Of a DNA stretch of 64,000 nucleotides, positions 61,262 through 64,000 are shown in pieces. Within the stretch, counting starts at the first letter, position 1, and each line of letters begins with the position of its first letter. The translations under genes and the position numbers were made by a program. This DNA is from an uncultured Bacteroidales bacterium (GTDB lineage: Bacteria > Bacteroidota > Bacteroidia > Bacteroidales > JAUNSR01): contig CAMTOJ010000012.1 of assembly GCA_947074145.1 (NCBI GenBank), forward strand, positions 5,079 through 69,078, in the 5' to 3' direction. The notes beneath the pieces are model-generated. The model saw nothing but the letters and a program-made list of their open reading frames with translations. It was not told the DNA's origin and made no database searches.

Positions 61262-63253
61262 CTAAAGAGTGATAGATATTACGAAACGATAGTTTCGTTT
61301 TGGCATCGGATAATTGAGAATTACATCATAATCCTGACCCAAAAGATTGTTTATCTCTGCCGAAAATCTTATTTCCGATCTTTTAAATTTTAGATTCTTT
61401 GAGACTGAAACGTCATGAGTGTACCATGGCTGAGTATGATTGTATCTGATATTTTCCTGTTGATTATATCTCTCACCCACATAGATAAAGCTGTAATTAA
61501 GTCCCCAACTTTTCCAGCTCAACATCCCTATTGCCGAGCCACTATGCCATGGTATGTAAGGTATCTGATGCTTATAATAGTTGTCCGCCTCATAGGTTAT
61601 ATCAATAGCCTCCTGATAAGTATATTGCATCTTTCCTGTCAATGACAGATTGTGATTAAAATCAAAAGTCATCATCATAGTAGCATCTATACCTCTGATA
61701 TCCACCTTGCCAAGATTAAGCATTGTCCATCTGAACTGTTGTCCTTTAGGATAAGCCACTATCTTATCCTTAACAAGATTATAATATGCATCAACTCCTA
61801 TATGAAAATTAGAAAGGAAACAGTTTTCTCTATGTTTATCATATAGTATTCCGAAATTATACTGATCTGCAATTTCTGGATTCAGATAAGCATTTCCCAT
61901 ATCTGTATAATAAAGGTCATTGAAGGTTGGCATTCTGAATGAGCGTTTATAAAATGCTCGCATCACCAGATCATATCTATTAAGAGGTTGATATGACATA
62001 AAAATGGCAGGTGTAAGTTTCTTTCTTATAGGAGATGATTCTCTTTCACGTGATTCCTCATTTATTACACAAGCAAGAATACTTGCTTGCGTTTTAAACT
62101 TATCTGCAATGGTAAAGGCTGTTGCAAGCGACCCCCATTGACTAAGCCTAGTAACATCGGCAAATTCCGATAACCCATTCCATTGAACATCATATGCAAA
62201 CGATAGATCCCAATTCTTTACAATAGAATATTTATTGGCAAATGATCCGTAAACCTCTTTTTGTTTATAAATATTATCTACACTAATCAGTTTATTGTCA
62301 TTATTCACATAGTGAGTAAAGTCATTCGCATATTTCATATTCAACTTATATGAATATCCAAAATCAAACTCCTTTGTTAGCGAACACTGAATGAATGAAT
62401 TCTTATCCCAAAGGCGTTCACCTCGACGCCAAACATTATTGACTATTGCCCCGGGGATACCTCTTTCCGATTCATAATTATAAACATATATTTTCCAACT
62501 ACCGGCGTGGATATAACCATTAAGACTCCCCTCCATCCTTACAGCATCAATTTCTCCGTTATTTCTAACCGCAGTGGTATCATAAGCTATCTCACCATAA
62601 GGAGTGACACGCTGATATCTGAATTTATATTTTCCGCTCGAACTTATCCATTCGCAATTGAATGTAGCAACCAAATTATCGTTTATCTTATAATCAAAAA
62701 GAACGGAAGGATTCAAAAGATCAAATGATCCGAACCTTACTCCGGCTTTAAGATTAGCGCTCTTGCCATCCTTAAATCGTGGTCGTCGTGTGGTCAGATA
62801 TATACTTCCGGCCGAACCAAACTCTTTAGCGGATTGAAATATTTCACTTTTCTGACCATTATAAAGCGAAATCTCCTCTATATTATCAAGCGAGAATTTA
62901 CCTAAATCTATCTGACCGTTTTGTGCATTACCAAGTTGGATCCCATTATAAAAGACTCCCATATGATTGGTACCCATACTACGGATATTTACAGTCTTAA
63001 GACCGCCAACCCCTCCATAGTCCTTTATCTGAACTCCGGCAAAATATCTTATAGCATCTGAAACGGAAAAGCTATTGAGACGTTGAAGTTCTTTCCCTTC
63101 AAGCTTTTGAGCCGGTATAACTTCTGTATATTTTTTTGCCACCACTTCAACTTCCTTAAGATGCAATATGGTATCGTTCAGGTTTTGTGAAAAAACATGA
63201 GAATGAAAAAAAAGAGATAAAGAGATGAAAAATACCGTTAAAAGCCGTTTCAT
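61262..63253 (-). CDS. btuB: TonB-dependent cobalamin receptor
   Basis: GVQIKDYGGVGGLKTVNIRS, QNGQIDLG, FRMPTFNDLYY, NYPMPKRNYR; first gene below a cobalamin riboswitch; start at 63253 or 63271. Confidence 0.9.
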   Translation of the reverse strand: MKRLLTVFFISLSLFFHSHVFSQNLNDTILHLKEVEVVAKKYTEVIPAQKLEGKELQRLNSFSVSDAIRYFAGVQIKDYGGVGGLKTVNIRSMGTNHMGVFYNGIQLGNAQNGQIDLGKFSLDNIEEISLYNGQKSEIFQSAKEFGSAGSIYLTTRRPRFKDGKSANLKAGVRFGSFDLLNPSVLFDYKINDNLVATFNCEWISSSGKYKFRYQRVTPYGEIAYDTTAVRNNGEIDAVRMEGSLNGYIHAGSWKIYVYNYESERGIPGAIVNNVWRRGERLWDKNSFIQCSLTKEFDFGYSYKLNMKYANDFTHYVNNDNKLISVDNIYKQKEVYGSFANKYSIVKNWDLSFAYDVQWNGLSEFADVTRLSQWGSLATAFTIADKFKTQASILACVINEESRERESSPIRKKLTPAIFMSYQPLNRYDLVMRAFYKRSFRMPTFNDLYYTDMGNAYLNPEIADQYNFGILYDKHRENCFLSNFHIGVDAYYNLVKDKIVAYPKGQQFRWTMLNLGKVDIRGIDATMMMTFDFNHNLSLTGKMQYTYQEAIDITYEADNYYKHQIPYIPWHSGSAIGMLSWKSWGLNYSFIYVGERYNQQENIRYNHTQPWYTHDVSVSKNLKFKRSEIRFSAEINNLLGQDYDVILNYPMPKRNYRFVISITL

Positions 63254-63472
63254 ATTTTTTATAAAATTCAATAACAGCTTTCAGGGTATAAGAACAGGTA
63301 GGTTCTTATTGAAAACATCAGGACATATACGAAATTTGTGAAAAGTACGTAATACTTCACACTAATTCATATAGCAAGACATTCGTATAAAAAATTGGGA
63401 TAAACAGAATCAGGTGTTCAGACCATTCATGTTTGTCTCAAGCTCTATTCCTCGAAAGCTTTAAACTATAGA

Positions 63473-63655
63473 TGTTCTGGCAGGTATCCTGACTTACTTC
63501 ATCTTTTGAACTACCTTCCCAATCCTTTTCGAATCAGTGGTTAAGAGCTTTGTCAAAAGACTGTTTTGAAGCTTACAGTAGCGGGTCTGTTCAGGATTTT
63601 CACCTGATTCCCTTTTAAACGATTTTCTAAGAGTAAGAATCTCGTCACCAAAACT
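63473..63655 (-). ncRNA. Cobalamin riboswitch
   Basis: Minus strand TTTGGT...AAAAGGGAATCAGGTGAAAATCCTGAACAGACCCGCTACTGTAA...CCACTG...GGGAAGG...AAGTCAGGATACCTGCC (B12 box). Confidence 0.93.
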
Positions 63656-63659
63656 TTTG

Positions 63660-63667
63660 CAAAAATA
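63660..63667 (-). promoter_or_regulatory. -7 promoter box for the riboswitch-btu transcript
   Basis: TATTTTTG on the minus strand immediately 5' of the aptamer. Confidence 0.65.
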
Positions 63668-63739
63668 TGTTGTTATAATTGACAATTAGCAGATTTAATG
63701 TTAAATATAGTTTATAAAATAGAGATAAATCCTATTAAT

Positions 63740-64000
63740 TAGTCAATCCTTAAAAAAGCAATATTAAAAATTAGATCCATGATAGATTACTCTATGATTA
63801 AATAAGATTTTGTTATCTATTATGGATTTTAAAATTATAAGCAGCGGCAGCTAACATTAAGTTCACAGCATCTCCAACCATACCCTTATAGAAGTTACGG
63901 CCAAGTCTATAATCTCTCTTTAAATGTCCTATTGTTGGTTCTATTCCGGCTCTTTTATAGAAGATTTTATGTTTTTTTCTTTTTTGATAAATACTGTCTT
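63740..64000 (-). mobile_element. Right end of an IS5-family element; transposase C-terminus at 63813-63998, running off the window
   Basis: Minus-strand translation DSIYQKRKKHKIFYKRAGIEPTIGHLKRDYRLGRNFYKGMVGDAVNLMLAAAAYNFK carries the IS5 R..IEP.IGHLK signature; putative terminal IR TTTTTAAGGATTGACTA near 63740-63757. Confidence 0.8.

Noticed and set aside
527-62728. Numerous 60-143 aa ORFs overlapping long genes (e.g. 13471-13902, 44151-44534, 59507-59839)
   Set aside because: Antisense or alternate-frame shadows of well-supported CDSs, with no recognisable motifs
63494-63685. 63-aa ORF on the minus strand
   Set aside because: It coincides with the cobalamin riboswitch and its promoter, so it is a spurious frame

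Overview
AT-rich chromosomal window from a Bacteroidales-type bacterium, judged from TAnnTTTG promoters, TonB-dependent receptors and T9SS C-terminal domains. From left to right: the 3' part of a type I pullulanase; a 1.1 kb non-coding region with several repeat structures; the conserved coaX-OMP-TPR-lptC-hemolysin-ppiD cluster; ftsB, EamA/DsrE, a PL1 pectate lyase and a SemiSWEET; an oxalate operon frc-oxc-AEC transporter whose fourth gene is a divergent pyruvate:ferredoxin oxidoreductase-family enzyme; a TonB receptor with a putative Fur box and two DUF4374-like lipoproteins; LysR, an ADP-forming acyl-CoA ligase and two AraC regulators; menF-menD-menB and aspA; a TolC-MacAB-like efflux operon with a LytS/LytTR pair; rluA, an exonuclease and yjbQ; and a 13 kb cobalamin-riboswitch operon. 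That operon has btuB-btuG-btuH followed by four proteins with T9SS C-terminal sorting domains (BtuG-like, BtuH-like, BtuJ/DUF4465-like and a 1234-aa unknown). The 3' end of an IS5-family transposase, absent from the ORF track, closes the window. The two best candidates for undescribed systems are a T9SS-exported vitamin B12 capture set and the oxidoreductase-coupled oxalate operon. All family assignments come from recognising motifs by eye, not from database searches.
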